From positions 3,968,001 to 4,032,000 of the forward strand of contig OZ219747.1 of NCBI GenBank assembly GCA_964291265.2: a DNA stretch of 64,000 bases, given 5' to 3'. Below, one piece after another: positions 37,331 to 49,481 of the stretch (position 1 is its first letter; every line of letters starts with the position of its first letter). The notes below the pieces were generated by a model. That model did no database searches, was not told the origin of the DNA, and worked only from the letters and a program-made list of their open reading frames with translations. Both the position numbers and the translations under genes were made by a program. The stretch is from Alphaproteobacteria bacterium. GTDB taxonomy: Bacteria > Pseudomonadota > Alphaproteobacteria > SP197.

Positions 37331-38551
37331 TCAACCGCCTTCCAGGTGCGCCCTCAGACCTTCTTCCAGCTTGAGGAGAAAAGCGTTCGTGGTGAGCCAT
37401 GGGTGGTCTGGATCGATCAGGAGGGCAAGGTCCTTCGTCATGTGGCCCTGTTCGACGGTGGCCACGCAGACCTCCTCCAGGGTCTCGGCAAACCCGATGA
37501 CATCCGGCGTCCCGTCGAACTCGCCCCTTGACCTCAGTCCGCGCGTCCAGGCGAAGATCGAAGCAATGGGGTTGGTCGAAGTCTCCCGCCCCTGCTGGTG
37601 CTGGCGGAAGTGCCGCGTCACCGTGCCGTGGGCCGCCTCGGCTTCCACCGCGGAGCCGTCGGGCGTCATCAGCACCGACGTCATCAATCCCAGGGAGCCG
37701 AATCCCTGGGCGACGGTGTCCGACTGCACGTCACCGTCATAGTTCTTGCAGGCCCATACAAAACCTCCCTCCCACTTCAGGGCCGCAGCCACCATGTCGT
37801 CGATGAGTCGGTGTTCATAGGCCATGCCCCTGGCAGCGAACCTCTCCGCGAACTCGTTGTCGAAGACTTCCTGGAAAAGGTCCTTGAAGCGCCCGTCATA
37901 GGCCTTGAGTATGGTGTTCTTGGTCGACAGGTAGACGGGCCAGCCGAGGCTGAGGCCATAATTCATGCAGGCCCTGGCAAAGCCGCGGATCGACTCGTCG
38001 AGATTGTACATGGCAAGGGCCACGCCACCGGCCGGGAAGTCGTGGACAGTCCGTTCGATGGACTCGCCGCCGTCGGCGGGCGTGAACGTGACAGTGAGCG
38101 TTCCGGGTCCCGGCACCACGAAGTCCGTCGCCCGGTACTGATCGCCGAAGGCGTGGCGGCCGATGACAATGGGCTTCGTCCAGCCCGAGACGAGACGGGG
38201 GACGTTGGAGCAGATGATGGGCTGGCGGAAGACCGTGCCACCGAGGATGTTGCGGACCGTGCCGTTGGGTGACAGCCACATCTTCTTCAACCCGAACTCT
38301 CTCACCCGCGCCTCGTCGGGCGTGATGGTGGCGCACTTGACGCCGACACCGTACCGCTTGATGGCCTCCGCAGCCTCGACGGTGATGCGGTCGTCCGTCG
38401 CATCGCGTGATGTGATCCCCAGATCGTGGTAAAGAAGTTCGATATCAAGCCAGGGAAGGATCAGCCGGTTCCTGATGAACCCCCAGATGATGCGGGTCAT
38501 CTCGTCGCCATCGAGTTCGACCACCGGGTTCTTGACTGGAATTCTTGCCAT
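37331..38551 (-). CDS. icd: NADP-dependent isocitrate dehydrogenase
   Basis: [51 protein letters not shown]. Confidence 0.97.
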   Translation of the reverse strand: MARIPVKNPVVELDGDEMTRIIWGFIRNRLILPWLDIELLYHDLGITSRDATDDRITVEAAEAIKRYGVGVKCATITPDEARVREFGLKKMWLSPNGTVRNILGGTVFRQPIICSNVPRLVSGWTKPIVIGRHAFGDQYRATDFVVPGPGTLTVTFTPADGGESIERTVHDFPAGGVALAMYNLDESIRGFARACMNYGLSLGWPVYLSTKNTILKAYDGRFKDLFQEVFDNEFAERFAARGMAYEHRLIDDMVAAALKWEGGFVWACKNYDGDVQSDTVAQGFGSLGLMTSVLMTPDGSAVEAEAAHGTVTRHFRQHQQGRETSTNPIASIFAWTRGLRSRGEFDGTPDVIGFAETLEEVCVATVEQGHMTKDLALLIDPDHPWLTTNAFLLKLEEGLRAHLEGG

Positions 38552-38762
38552 GGCCTGTGCCTCCGCCTCATGCTGCAGCGCAACATAGATCATTCGCGTA
38601 ACCGGACAACCGGAAGGAGCGACCTCGCACATTCTGTGGGTCGATGGTAGTCTTGCCGCCATCGTGCCCCGGCTTGTCCGCCAAGAGGACTGCACCCCTG
38701 CCGCCACTGTCCGCCTCCTGTCCTGACGAAGGGAGCACTCCTGATCGCCCGGGGACTCCGTC

Positions 38763-39923
38763 ATGAAGAAACACAGCGTCGTGATCGCCGTGCTGGTCGT
38801 CCTGCTCCTGGCCCTGTGGCTTGTCATGCGCGACGATCAGAGCCCTGATGACGCCGTCACCACCGAACCGACAGATATCGAATCGGACACCGCGGTCTCC
38901 GACACGGATGCCGCCACCCGCGAAGACGGCACCAGTGCTGCCGTGGGCGTGGACGACGCCATCGACGATGTCGCAGCCGCTGCAGAGGGCGACCTTGGCA
39001 GCCCGGTCAGTGGCGACGACGCGGCGGCGGACGCCGGCACGGAGGAGACGCGGAACGACGGAACCGGTGACCCGGTGAAGGAAGAGGAGCTCGGGGAGAC
39101 GGTCAACCCGGAATTCGATGTGGTGAGGGTCGAGGTCACCGGAGATGCAGTGATGGCAGGCGTGGGAGAGCCCGGCACGACCATCGTCGTGACATCAGGC
39201 GATGACGTGGTCGGCGAGACCGTGGCCGATGACGCCGGTGACTGGGTCATCGTGACCGAGGAGCCCCTGGATCCCGGAGCCCATGAATTGGAACTGACGT
39301 CCGTGAACGAGCACGGCGAAACCAGACAATCCGGCACGGTCGTCGTGGTCTCGGTGCCGCAGGAACCGGAGGCCGACGATGTCCTGGTCGTGATGATGGA
39401 TGATGAAGACGGCGGTGACATCGAGATCATCCAGGAAGGAGAGAAAGGAACCGGTATCTCCGGCGGAGGCGATCTCGCTCTCGAGAGCCTCACCTATGAC
39501 GAGGAAGGCAACGTCTTCATGGGTGGCCAGGCAACAGCGGGCGACACGGTCATTGTCTACGTCGACGATCGTGTTGTCGGCGTGGCCGACGTCGAGGACG
39601 GACAATGGACGGTGGCACTCGACGAGTCGGTCGACGAGGGCACCCATTCCCTGAGGGTTGACGAGATCAATGAGGAAGGCGATGTAGTCGCCCGTCTTGA
39701 GACGCCGTTCGTGCGCGCCGCCTTCATCATGCCGGATGCCTCAGACCGGCTGATCGTGATCCAGCCCGGCAACAACCTCTGGCGGATCGCCCGCCAGTCC
39801 TTCGGCCGCGGAGTCCTCTACACCCTCATCTACGAGGCCAACAGGAACCAGATCGCCGATCCCGATCTCATCTATCCCGGCCAGATCTTCGTCATGCCAC
39901 GCAACAGGGTGGATGAGCACTGA
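38763..39923 (+). CDS. LysM peptidoglycan-binding protein with Ig-like domains
   Basis: N-terminal TM, acidic linker, [19 protein letters not shown]…[19 protein letters not shown]. Confidence 0.88.
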   Translation: MKKHSVVIAVLVVLLLALWLVMRDDQSPDDAVTTEPTDIESDTAVSDTDAATREDGTSAAVGVDDAIDDVAAAAEGDLGSPVSGDDAAADAGTEETRNDGTGDPVKEEELGETVNPEFDVVRVEVTGDAVMAGVGEPGTTIVVTSGDDVVGETVADDAGDWVIVTEEPLDPGAHELELTSVNEHGETRQSGTVVVVSVPQEPEADDVLVVMMDDEDGGDIEIIQEGEKGTGISGGGDLALESLTYDEEGNVFMGGQATAGDTVIVYVDDRVVGVADVEDGQWTVALDESVDEGTHSLRVDEINEEGDVVARLETPFVRAAFIMPDASDRLIVIQPGNNLWRIARQSFGRGVLYTLIYEANRNQIADPDLIYPGQIFVMPRNRVDEH

Positions 39924-40171
39924 AGCCGCCGCGGACAATGGTCGAGGCAGACCGTTCCGTCTACGAGCCTGCCGGACCGGCCAATGAGGCACTGTCGTCC
40001 TGGTATGTCAGGAATCTCGTACAGCGCACCATCGACCAGGCCTTCAAGGTGTCTCCGTCCGCCGATGAGGCCTCACCGGACGCCGGCGGGACTGGAAATC
40101 GTTGCTGTGGCAACGTATAGACACGCCACCGGCTTAAGAGAAGCCATTCCCGGATTGTTTGCGAGGATGTC

Positions 40172-41551
40172 ATGACTGCTCACTGGACACCGTCAGGCTG
40201 GCGCAATCTTCCTGTCCGGCAGATGCCGGACTATCCCGACCGGGACGAATTGAGGGACGTGGAGAATCGCCTGCACACGTGTCCGCCCCTGGTGTTCGCC
40301 GGTGAGGCACGTTCACTGAAACGGGCTCTGGCGAGGACGGCGCGGGGCGACGCCTTTCTTCTCCAGGGTGGCGACTGTGCCGAGAGCTTCGCCGAGTTCC
40401 ATCCCGACACCATCCGCGATACTTTCAAGGTCCTGTTGCAGATGGCCGTGGTCCTCACGTTCGGAGCGTCGTTGCCGATCGTCAAGGTCGGCCGCATGGC
40501 CGGCCAGTTCGCCAAGCCGCGTTCGGCGCCTGTCGAGATCCAGGATGATGTCGAACTGCCGAGCTATCGGGGTGACATCATCAACGCAATCGAGTTCTCC
40601 GAGGACGCCCGCCGGCCCGATCCACAGCGCATGCTCCAAGCCTATCATCAGGCGGCCTCGACCCTCAACCTGCTACGCGCCTTCGCCCAGGGCGGTTTCG
40701 CCGACCTGCAGCGGGTGTCGAGCTGGAACAATGACTTTGTCGCGGACAGTCCCCAGGGCCATCGCTACGCCGAGATAGCCGAGCGCATTCAGGAGGCGCT
40801 CTCCTTCATGAACGCCTGTGGTCTGACGCCTGAGAGGGTGCCGCAGATGCGCGAGACCGACTTCTACACCTCCCATGAAGCGCTGCTGCTCCCTTACGAG
40901 GAGTCCATGACGCGCATCGATTCCACCACCGGCGGGTGGTACGACACCTCGGCCCACATGCTCTGGGTCGGTGACCGTACGCGCCAGAGTGACCATGCGC
41001 ATGTCGAATTCCTGCGCGGTATCAACAACCCGCTCGGCATCAAGTGTGGTCCGTCACTGGATGCGGATGACCTGCTGCGCTTGCTCGATATCCTCAATCC
41101 CGAGAACGAGGCCGGACGCATCACGCTGATCACCCGGATGGGCGCCGGTCAGGCGGCAGCACACCTTCCGGGCCTGATTCGCCAGGTCGAGAGAGAGGGA
41201 AGGATTGTCGTCTGGTCCTGCGACCCCATGCACGGCAACACGATCAAGGCGGCCAGCGGATATAAGACCCGGCCCTTTGACAGGATCCTGGCGGAAGTGC
41301 GCGAGGTGTTCGCCATTCACAGATCCGAAGGCACCCATGCCGGCGGCGTGCACTTCGAGATGACGGGACGTGATGTCACCGAGTGTATCGGTGGCGCCCA
41401 GGCGATTTCGGATGACGATCTCTCGGACCGCTATCACACGCATTGCGATCCGCGTCTCAATGCCAGCCAGGCCCTCGAACTCGCGTTTCTCATCGCCGAA
41501 CAGTCGAGAGCCGAACGTGAACAGACAGTCAGGGCGGTGGCAGCGGAGTGA
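40172..41551 (+). CDS. class II DAHP synthase
   Basis: [37 protein letters not shown]. Confidence 0.95.
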   Translation: MTAHWTPSGWRNLPVRQMPDYPDRDELRDVENRLHTCPPLVFAGEARSLKRALARTARGDAFLLQGGDCAESFAEFHPDTIRDTFKVLLQMAVVLTFGASLPIVKVGRMAGQFAKPRSAPVEIQDDVELPSYRGDIINAIEFSEDARRPDPQRMLQAYHQAASTLNLLRAFAQGGFADLQRVSSWNNDFVADSPQGHRYAEIAERIQEALSFMNACGLTPERVPQMRETDFYTSHEALLLPYEESMTRIDSTTGGWYDTSAHMLWVGDRTRQSDHAHVEFLRGINNPLGIKCGPSLDADDLLRLLDILNPENEAGRITLITRMGAGQAAAHLPGLIRQVEREGRIVVWSCDPMHGNTIKAASGYKTRPFDRILAEVREVFAIHRSEGTHAGGVHFEMTGRDVTECIGGAQAISDDDLSDRYHTHCDPRLNASQALELAFLIAEQSRAEREQTVRAVAAE

Positions 41552-41602
41552 TCGTCCGCACGCTGGCCGCCTGAGGCCTCGTCCACCGGAAGGACTGCCG
41601 TG

Positions 41603-42769
41603 ATGCCGGCCATGGACCGGGGATGCCTGCAGTGGCCCCGGGACGCAGAGGTGGGCCGGTGGACGGACACCTATCTCAACCGCACGAGAAAGGCCGTTGC
41701 CTCCTTTGGCGACTGTCAGGTGACCTATGCCGTGTTCATGCGACGGCCGGTGGTATCGGCCCCCCGCCTGATGACCGACTGGTTGCACACCATCGCCCGC
41801 ACACGCGGCGTGACGGTCGACATCGACCTGGAGTACGAGGAGGGCCGCTGGATCGGCGCCGGTGAACCCATCGCCTACATCACCGGTTCCTTCGAGCATC
41901 TCGTGGACCTCGAGACCCTGTTCCTGCAGAAACTCGGTCCGGCCTGCGTGGCCGCCTACAACGCCTACACCATGTGTGTCGACATGCCGGGGACCGATTT
42001 CCTCGCCATGGATGCCCGCCACTGTGCTGGCACGGAGATGGCGGAGATCATGGCCTACGCCGCTGCCGTCGGGTCGATGCGGGCACGGCGCAAGGTCGGA
42101 GCCCGGGGCTTTGTCGGCAACGCGACCGATGCCACGAGCCATTACTTCGGCAACGAGCGCGGGTATGGCACCATGCCCCATTCCCTGATCGGCTATGCCG
42201 GCAACACGGTGGCGGCGGCGGAGATGTTCCACGAGGTCCATCCCGACCTTCCCATGACCGTCCTGGTCGACTACTTCGGCAGGGAAATCAGCGACTCCCT
42301 TGCTGTCTGCCGACGATTTCCCGACATGGCGGCGGCCGGAGACCTCGCCTTGCGCATCGACACGGGCGGGGGGCGCTTTGTCGAGGGTCTCGATCCACCG
42401 CGCAGCTACGCCGTTCTGGAACGGAACCGTCCCGACGCGATCCGCGGATACCGTTCCGAAACCGAATTGCGCTACCTGATCGGCACAGGTGTCTCGGCCG
42501 CCGCCATCTGGCACTTGCGCGAACATCTCGACAAGGAGGGCTTTCCGAAGGTCAGGATCGTCGCATCCTCGGGCTTCGATCCCGCCAAGTGCAAGGTCAT
42601 GGCCGTCGCCGCTGCGCCGGTGGACGTCATCGGCACCGGAAGCTACCTGCCCGAACGATGGAGCGAGACCTACGCCACCGCCGACATCGTGGCCTACAAC
42701 GGCACCCCGCGGGTCAAGGTCGGCCGCGAGTTCCTGTTGCGCCGCCCGGGGAGCTCGTCAAGCGAATGA
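41603..42769 (+). CDS. nicotinate phosphoribosyltransferase
   Basis: TDTYL, AMDARH, GTMPHSLIG, LRIDT, SSGF; directly upstream of nadE. Confidence 0.82.
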   Translation: MPAMDRGCLQWPRDAEVGRWTDTYLNRTRKAVASFGDCQVTYAVFMRRPVVSAPRLMTDWLHTIARTRGVTVDIDLEYEEGRWIGAGEPIAYITGSFEHLVDLETLFLQKLGPACVAAYNAYTMCVDMPGTDFLAMDARHCAGTEMAEIMAYAAAVGSMRARRKVGARGFVGNATDATSHYFGNERGYGTMPHSLIGYAGNTVAAAEMFHEVHPDLPMTVLVDYFGREISDSLAVCRRFPDMAAAGDLALRIDTGGGRFVEGLDPPRSYAVLERNRPDAIRGYRSETELRYLIGTGVSAAAIWHLREHLDKEGFPKVRIVASSGFDPAKCKVMAVAAAPVDVIGTGSYLPERWSETYATADIVAYNGTPRVKVGREFLLRRPGSSSSE

Positions 42770-44421
42770 CTGACACCCTGAGAATCGCTCTCGCCCAGCT
42801 CAATCCGGCTGTGGGTGATGTCGATGGCAACGTGGAGAAGATTCTGGCGGCGCGGCGCGAGGCGGCGGAGGACGGAGTCGATCTCATGATCGCATCGGAA
42901 CTCGTGATCGACGGCTACCCGCCAGAGGACCTTGTGCTGCGCCCGGCCTTTCAGGACGATGTCCGCGGAGGGGTGGCCGCAGTCGCCAGTGAGACCGCGG
43001 ATGGCGGACCGGCGGTGGTGCTGGGCGCCAGCCACGTCGAGGACGGCAGGCTCTACAACGCTGCCCATTTCATTGACAATGGAATGGTGCGCCACACGCG
43101 CCTCAAGCACGATCTTCCCAACTACGGCGTCTTCGACGAGAAGCGCGTGTTCTGTCCGGGGCCCCTGCCTGGCCCGGTGCCGTTCCGCGATACCCTGCTC
43201 GGTATCATGGTCTGCGAAGACATGTGGAGCGGCGAGGTCACGGAATGCCTCGAGGAGAACGGCGCCGAGATCATCGTGGTGCTCAACGGTTCTCCGTTCG
43301 ACGTGGAGAATGTGGTTCGGCGCATGAATCAGGCCGTGGCCCGTGTCACCGAATGTCGTCTGCCCCTTATCTATGTCAACCAGGTCGGTGGTCAGGACGA
43401 GCTCGTGTTTGATGGCGCCTCCTTCGTCCTGGACGCTTCCTGGGCGCTGTGCGCCCAGCTGCCCTCGTGGTCGCGGTCGGTGGTCCCCACAACCTGGCGC
43501 CGCCTGGCAACCGGCTGGAGCTGCGAGGCGGGGTTGATCGCGCCGGAGCCGGAACGCCTCGAGTCCATGTACAAGGCCCTCGTGACCGGGCTCGCCGACT
43601 ATGTGGCCAAGAACGGTTTCGCTGGGATTCTCATCGGACTCTCAGGGGGAATCGATTCCGCGCTGTCGGCGGCCATTGCCACGGACGCCCTCGGGCCCGA
43701 CAGGGTGTGGTGCGTCATGATGCCGTCGCGCTATACGAGCGAGGAGAGTCTCAAGGATGCGACCGCCTGCGCCGGGCTGCTGGGCACGCGTCTTGATACC
43801 ATTCCCATCCATGGCGCCATCAAGGCTCTCGACGACATGCTCGCAAGCCACTTTGCCGGCCGCGAACCCAACGAAGCGGAAGAGAACATCCAGGCGCGCA
43901 GCAGGGGCATGATCCTGATGGCGCTCTCCAACAAGTTCGGCCACATGGTGCTTTCGACCGGGAACAAGTCCGAAATGTCGGTTGGTTACGCGACCCTCTA
44001 TGGCGATATGTGCGGCGGGTTTTCCGTGCTGAAGGACATCTACAAGACGGATGTCTACCGCCTCGCACACTGGCGCTCAGCTCACTCCGGCGACGGTTTC
44101 CGGGGACCGGCAGGACCTGTCATTCCTGCCTCCATCATCACCAGGGCGCCGACCGCGGAACTCCGGGCGAACCAGAAGGACGAGAACAGCCTGCCGGCCT
44201 ACGAGGTTCTCGACGACGTTCTCCAATGTCTCGTGGAACAGGAGATGACCTTCGACGAGATTGCCGCGCGGAGCCATGACCGCGCCCTGATCGAAGAGAT
44301 CTGGACCATGCTGATGCGGGCGGAATACAAGCGCCGCCAGGCGCCGCCCGGAGTCCGGATCACACCACGGGCCTTTGGCCGCGACCGCCGCTATCCCGTG
44401 ACCAACCGTTTCCGCAGGTGA
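42766..44421 (+). CDS. nadE: glutamine-dependent NAD+ synthetase
   Basis: LAQLN, GYPPEDL, LPNYGVFDEKR, CEDMW, GLSGGIDSA, STGNKSE, EYKRRQAPPG. Confidence 0.95.
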   Translation: MTDTLRIALAQLNPAVGDVDGNVEKILAARREAAEDGVDLMIASELVIDGYPPEDLVLRPAFQDDVRGGVAAVASETADGGPAVVLGASHVEDGRLYNAAHFIDNGMVRHTRLKHDLPNYGVFDEKRVFCPGPLPGPVPFRDTLLGIMVCEDMWSGEVTECLEENGAEIIVVLNGSPFDVENVVRRMNQAVARVTECRLPLIYVNQVGGQDELVFDGASFVLDASWALCAQLPSWSRSVVPTTWRRLATGWSCEAGLIAPEPERLESMYKALVTGLADYVAKNGFAGILIGLSGGIDSALSAAIATDALGPDRVWCVMMPSRYTSEESLKDATACAGLLGTRLDTIPIHGAIKALDDMLASHFAGREPNEAEENIQARSRGMILMALSNKFGHMVLSTGNKSEMSVGYATLYGDMCGGFSVLKDIYKTDVYRLAHWRSAHSGDGFRGPAGPVIPASIITRAPTAELRANQKDENSLPAYEVLDDVLQCLVEQEMTFDEIAARSHDRALIEEIWTMLMRAEYKRRQAPPGVRITPRAFGRDRRYPVTNRFRR

Positions 44422-44535
44422 TGCGGACGGTCATGTCCGCCTGATGAAGGCAGGTTTGCCATCCATCGTGGTGGAAGCTATTGAAATGCCGATCCGACGA
44501 GGAGCACTGAGCCTTCCGTCCCGGGGAACAGCTGC

Positions 44536-45879
44536 ATGACGCTTTCTTTCCACAATACGCTGTCCAGGCGCAAGGAGACTCTGGTTCCCGTCGAAGCGGG
44601 AGAGGCCGGGCTCTACGTGTGCGGGCCAACCGTCTATGACCTCATTCATCTCGGCAATGCCAGGCCGCTGGTGGTCTTCGACGTTCTCTTCCGTCTACTG
44701 CGCCACCACTTCGGTGACGCTCATGTCACATATGTGCGCAACATCACGGACATCGACGACAAGATCAACGCGGCGGCCATGGAGCGGGGCATCCGGATCA
44801 GGGACTTCACGGCCGACACCATTGTTGCCTTTCATCGCGACGTCCGCGCCCTTGGATGTCTTGAACCGTCGGTCGAACCCCGCGCCACGGACCACGTGGA
44901 GGAGATGATCACACTCATCGGCCAACTCCTCGCAAAGGGCCATGCCTACGAGGCCGAAGGCCATGTTCTCTTTGATGTGCCGTCGTGGCCCGACTATGGC
45001 CAGCTCTCCGGCAACACGATCACGGAGATCATGGCCGGGGCCCGTTTCGATGTCGCCCCCTACAAGAGACATGATGCCGATTTCGTGCTCTGGAAGCCGT
45101 CTTCCGGCGACCTTCCCGGATGGGAAAGTCCCTGGGGTTACGGGCGGCCGGGTTGGCACCTCGAGTGCTCGGCCATGAGCGCCCGCCATCTCGGGCTGAA
45201 CTTCGACATTCACGGCGGCGGCAGCGACCTTGTCTTTCCGCACCACGAGAACGAGATCGCCCAGACCTGCGCAGCTCATCCCGACGCCGGTTTTGCCAGG
45301 ATCTGGATGCACAACGGCTTCGTCACCGTCGACGGTGAGAAGATGTCCAAGTCGCTGGGCAACTTCCACACTGTGCGCGACCTTCTGAAGGACTGGCCCG
45401 GCGAAGTTCTGCGCCTGGCGCTTCTCGGCACCCACTACCGCAAGCCCCTCGATTTCGGTTTCGATCTTCTCAAGCAGGCCCGGTCCCAGGTCACACGCTT
45501 CTACCGCACCCTCCATGAGGTGGGGGACCCACCGGCCGTGTCTCCGCCCGATGAGGTGGTCGAGGCGCTCGGCGATGATCTCAACACGCCGCGTGCGCTT
45601 GCCGCGATGCATGGTCTCGAGAGTCGGGTGCGCCGGGGCGAACGGGGAGCCGGCGGCATGCTGCGCGGAGCAGGAGACCTTCTGGGCATCCTCCAGGAAC
45701 CGGCCGACTCCTGGCTCCGGGGGGCGTCGGAAGATGCCGTCGTCGAGGCCATTGCCAGACGCGACGAGGCCCGTGCGAGCAGGGACTTCGCCGTGGCGGA
45801 CCGCATAAGGGACGAACTCAGGGGCGCGGGAATCGAGCTCATGGATGGACCAGGGGGAACGACCTGGAGGCGGGTCTGA
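44536..45879 (+). CDS. cysS: cysteine--tRNA ligase
   Basis: YVCGPTVY, HLGN, GRPGWHLECSAM, KMSKS. Confidence 0.97.
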   Translation: MTLSFHNTLSRRKETLVPVEAGEAGLYVCGPTVYDLIHLGNARPLVVFDVLFRLLRHHFGDAHVTYVRNITDIDDKINAAAMERGIRIRDFTADTIVAFHRDVRALGCLEPSVEPRATDHVEEMITLIGQLLAKGHAYEAEGHVLFDVPSWPDYGQLSGNTITEIMAGARFDVAPYKRHDADFVLWKPSSGDLPGWESPWGYGRPGWHLECSAMSARHLGLNFDIHGGGSDLVFPHHENEIAQTCAAHPDAGFARIWMHNGFVTVDGEKMSKSLGNFHTVRDLLKDWPGEVLRLALLGTHYRKPLDFGFDLLKQARSQVTRFYRTLHEVGDPPAVSPPDEVVEALGDDLNTPRALAAMHGLESRVRRGERGAGGMLRGAGDLLGILQEPADSWLRGASEDAVVEAIARRDEARASRDFAVADRIRDELRGAGIELMDGPGGTTWRRV

Positions 45880-47468
45880 TGGGGGACCGTGTTCACCTGT
45901 TCGACACCACCCTGCGTGACGGCGCTCAGACTCATGGCGTGTCGTTTTCCCTTGCCGACAAGATGCAGATCTCCGAGGCCCTCGACCGCCTCGGCGTCGA
46001 CTACATCGAGGGCGGATTTCCAGGCGCCAACCCCGTGGATGATGCCTTCTTCGCCTCGCCGCCGTCATTCTCCCGGGCGCGCTTCACCGCCTTTGGCATG
46101 ACGCGCCGCGCCGGGCGCAGCGCCGCCAACGATCCGGGTCTTGCCGGCGTCATGGCCCCCGGCACGCCCGCGGTCTGCCTGGTCGGCAAGGCCTGGGATT
46201 TCCACGTCGACCTGGCCCTTGGAATCACCAGGGACGAGAACATCGCCATGATCGGCGATTCCATGGCGCACATCTCGGCCAACGGTGCCGAGGCCCTGTT
46301 CGATGCGGAGCACTTCTTCGATGGCTACAAGGCCGACAGCGGCTTTGCGCTGGCCTGCATCGAGGCGGCCCTCGAGGCGGGGGCGCGATGGGTGGTGCTG
46401 TGTGACACCAACGGCGGAACACTTCCCCGAGAAGTGGGGGAGATCGTCAGCGCCGTTGCGGCGCGCCTCGATGGCGGACATCTCGGCATCCACGCCCACG
46501 ATGACACCGGAAACGCCGTTGCCAACTCCCTGGTGGCGGTGGATGCGGGAGTCCGCCAGGTGCAGGGGACGCTCAACGGCCTGGGAGAGCGCTGCGGCAA
46601 TGCCAACCTGGTATCGGTCATTCCGTCACTCCTGCTCAAGACCGATTTCGAGACCGGGATCGGCGATGACGACCTCAGGCACCTGACACGGGTATCCCGC
46701 ATGCTCGACGAGATGCTCAACAATCCCTCCGATCACCATGCGCCCTATGTCGGCAATGCTGCCTTCGCTCACAAGGGCGGCCTGCATGTCTCGGCGGTGA
46801 TGAAGGATCCGAGGACCTATGAACACGTTCCGCCGTCACGTGTCGGCAACCGCCGTCACATCGTGGTCTCCGGGCAGTCGGGTCGGTCCAACGTCCTCGC
46901 CCGCCTCGCCGAGGCGGGAATCGAGATCGACGCCAACCATCCGCGCCTTGACAGCCTTGTCGACGAGGTCAAGGCGCGGGAATTCGAGGGTTACTCCTAC
47001 GACGGCGCCGGGGCCAGTTTCGAACTGCTGGCCAGGCGGCTTCTGGGAACGGTCCCCACCTACTTCGAGGTGGAGAGTTTCAGGGTTCTCGTGGAGCGGC
47101 GTCACAACGCCCTTGGCAGACTCGTGACGGGTTCGGAAGCGACGGTCAAGCTCATCGTCGGCGGCGAACGCCTGCTCTCGGTGGCCGAGGGCAACGGTCC
47201 CGTCGATGCCCTCAACCATGCCCTTGCCAAGGATCTCGGCAAGTATGCCGGCTACCTCGGTGGATGGCGCCTGGTGGACTACAAGGTGAGGATCCTGTCG
47301 CCCAAGGCCGGCACCGGGGCGGTCACGCGTGTCGTCATCGAGAGCACCGACGACAGCGACGCTCCGTGGAGCACCGTCGGGGTCTCCGCCAACATCATCG
47401 ACGCCTCGTTCCAGGCCCTGGTCGATTCCATCACCTACAAGCTGCTGCGCGAGAACGCGCCTGCGTGA
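45879..47468 (+). CDS. cimA: citramalate synthase
   Basis: FDTTLRDGAQT, LCDTNGG, GIHAHDD, AFAHKGGLH, EGNGPV, LVDYKVRIL. Confidence 0.9.
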   Translation: MGDRVHLFDTTLRDGAQTHGVSFSLADKMQISEALDRLGVDYIEGGFPGANPVDDAFFASPPSFSRARFTAFGMTRRAGRSAANDPGLAGVMAPGTPAVCLVGKAWDFHVDLALGITRDENIAMIGDSMAHISANGAEALFDAEHFFDGYKADSGFALACIEAALEAGARWVVLCDTNGGTLPREVGEIVSAVAARLDGGHLGIHAHDDTGNAVANSLVAVDAGVRQVQGTLNGLGERCGNANLVSVIPSLLLKTDFETGIGDDDLRHLTRVSRMLDEMLNNPSDHHAPYVGNAAFAHKGGLHVSAVMKDPRTYEHVPPSRVGNRRHIVVSGQSGRSNVLARLAEAGIEIDANHPRLDSLVDEVKAREFEGYSYDGAGASFELLARRLLGTVPTYFEVESFRVLVERRHNALGRLVTGSEATVKLIVGGERLLSVAEGNGPVDALNHALAKDLGKYAGYLGGWRLVDYKVRILSPKAGTGAVTRVVIESTDDSDAPWSTVGVSANIIDASFQALVDSITYKLLRENAPA

Positions 47469-48187
47469 TGGCTCCGCCTGCCATCATTCTGGTGCGTCCC
47501 CAGCTCGGCTGGAACATCGGCGCCGCAGCCCGTGCCATGGCGAATTTCGGACTGGACGATCTGCGTATCGTCGCGCCTCGTGACGGTTGGCCCAGTGCGG
47601 ACGCCCGGGTGATGGCAACGGGAGCCGAGGACATTCTCGAGCGCGCCAGCATTCATGCCAGCGCGCGAGAAGCCATCGGTGATCTCCATCACCTGTGGGC
47701 CACCACGGCGCGGCATCGCGACATGGCCAAACCCGTTCTCACTCCCGGTGAGGTGGCGCGGGCCTGTCGTTCCAGCGATATCAGAACCGGCATTCTCTTC
47801 GGGCCCGAGAGCACCGGCCTTGCCAACGACGAGGTGGTGCTCGCCGATGCCCTCGTGCGCATCCCCACCTCGGGCCGGCAGCGATCGCTCAATCTCGCCC
47901 AGGCCGTCCTCGTGCTGGCCTGGGAGTGTTCCGGTTCCGGCGAGGCGGAGACGAAACAGCGCACCGCCGACGTACCGGCGACCATGGCGGAGTTTGACGG
48001 CTTCTTCGATCATCTCGTCGGCGCCCTCGATTCCTCGGGATTCCTGCGCAATCGGGAACAGAGGCACGTGACCGTGCGCAACCTGCGCACCATGTTCCAG
48101 CGGGCCGGCCTCTCCGGCAGGGAGGTGCGGACCCTGCGGGGCGTGGTCAGCGCCCTCGCTGGACCTCCCGGCGGGGATTCGATTTGA
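47468..48187 (+). CDS. TrmJ/LasT family tRNA/rRNA methyltransferase
   Basis: NIGAAARAMANFG, LFGPESTGL, SLNLAQAV. Confidence 0.88.
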   Translation: MAPPAIILVRPQLGWNIGAAARAMANFGLDDLRIVAPRDGWPSADARVMATGAEDILERASIHASAREAIGDLHHLWATTARHRDMAKPVLTPGEVARACRSSDIRTGILFGPESTGLANDEVVLADALVRIPTSGRQRSLNLAQAVLVLAWECSGSGEAETKQRTADVPATMAEFDGFFDHLVGALDSSGFLRNREQRHVTVRNLRTMFQRAGLSGREVRTLRGVVSALAGPPGGDSI

Positions 48188-48212
48188 CAAGGCCGGCTCG
48201 CTTGATTACAAG
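48184..48212 (+). promoter_or_regulatory. putative sigma70 promoter of rpsD
   Basis: TTGACA-N17-TACAAG upstream of rpsD. Confidence 0.5.
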
Positions 48213-48265
48213 GCGCCGGCACCCCCTCTAGGGACACAAGCTGACAAGAGAACTGTGAAGGCCGG

Positions 48266-48886
48266 ATGACAAAGCGCCTGTCGTCAAAGTACAAGATCTG
48301 CCGCCGTAACGGCGAGAATCTCTGGGGTCGTCCCAAGAGGTTCCTGACGAACCGGCTCTATGCGCCCGGTGAGCACGGCCAGTCGAGACGCCGCAGGCCG
48401 ACCGACTACGGTATCCAGCTTGCCGCCAAGCAGAAACTCAAGGGCTATTACGGCAACATCACGGAACGCCAGTTCCGCCGTGTCTACGAGGAAGCCTATC
48501 GCCAGCGCGGCGACACCATCGAGAACATGATCGGCCTTCTCGAGCGCCGGCTCGATATCGTGATCTACCGCATGAAGTTCGTGCCGACGGTGTTTTCGGC
48601 CAGGCAGTTCGTCAATCACGGCCACATCCGCGTCAATGGACGCAAGGTCAACATTCCAAGCTACCGGGTGAAGCCCGAGGACGTGATCGAGATCAAGGAG
48701 GCGTCGCGCGAACTGTCCCTCGTGCTCGAGGCCGTGGTATCCGGCGACCGCGACGTACCGGAGTACCTGGAAGTGGACATCGACCGCATGCGGGGGGTCT
48801 TCCACCGGACCCCGTCCTTCGCCGAGGTGCCCTATCCGGTCAGGATGGAACCCAACCTCGTGGTGGAGTTCTACTCCAAGGCCTGA
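48266..48886 (+). CDS. rpsD: 30S ribosomal protein S4
   Basis: [44 protein letters not shown]. Confidence 0.97.
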   Translation: MTKRLSSKYKICRRNGENLWGRPKRFLTNRLYAPGEHGQSRRRRPTDYGIQLAAKQKLKGYYGNITERQFRRVYEEAYRQRGDTIENMIGLLERRLDIVIYRMKFVPTVFSARQFVNHGHIRVNGRKVNIPSYRVKPEDVIEIKEASRELSLVLEAVVSGDRDVPEYLEVDIDRMRGVFHRTPSFAEVPYPVRMEPNLVVEFYSKA

Positions 48887-49207
48887 TCTTCGGGTTCAGC
48901 GGGCCCGTTCCGAACCGCCTTCTTGGCGTCGGGCATGGTTCGACATCAGGACCCGCCGATCCGTCTGCTCCTTCAATCGGGGGATCAGACAGCGGTTCAC
49001 CCGCCGGGCGGAACAAGGAGCGAGGTGAGGCGCCAGGTGGCCTTCACGCTGCGCTCTCGCGCCTTGAGGATATCGGTCTTGCGCTCGATGCGCCCGTGTC
49101 CCGATTGAATACTCCTGGTCAGCGTCCGATACTCAAACCTCAGAGCACTGTTCCTTCAAGGCTGCTTCACCAGTCTCCGATCCGAAGAGCAACCAAGGGT
49201 CACGGCA

Positions 49208-49481
49208 ATGCAAACGTCCAACGCAGAAATCAAGGCCTCCCTAGCACAGCTTTCGGAACTTCCCACGCCCGTGGCTGACTGGCTGGTCGAGACAGGCACT
49301 GATTCCGACGACGAACTCGCCGTTAAGGGTCTGGGCCGTCCTGGAGAACGACGGAGTCGATCTGGATACCAGAATCCAGCTTCGCGACAGGATCCTGGAT
49401 TTCATCCGCGAGGAAGCCGACACCCCAGTCTGGGTCTATGTCAACTTCAGGACGATCTCCGATGCGGACGAACACGAATGA
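49208..49481 (+). pseudogene. small MNT-like putative antitoxin, frameshifted
   Basis: ETGTDSDDELAV continues in a shifted frame as WAVLE…WVYVNFRT; ATGA overlap with the next gene. Confidence 0.45.

Noticed and set aside
41974-44421. 815-aa NadE with a novel N-terminal extension
   Set aside because: The extension is an alternative frame overlapping the phosphoribosyltransferase gene; the real start is ATG 42766 (ATGA overlap).
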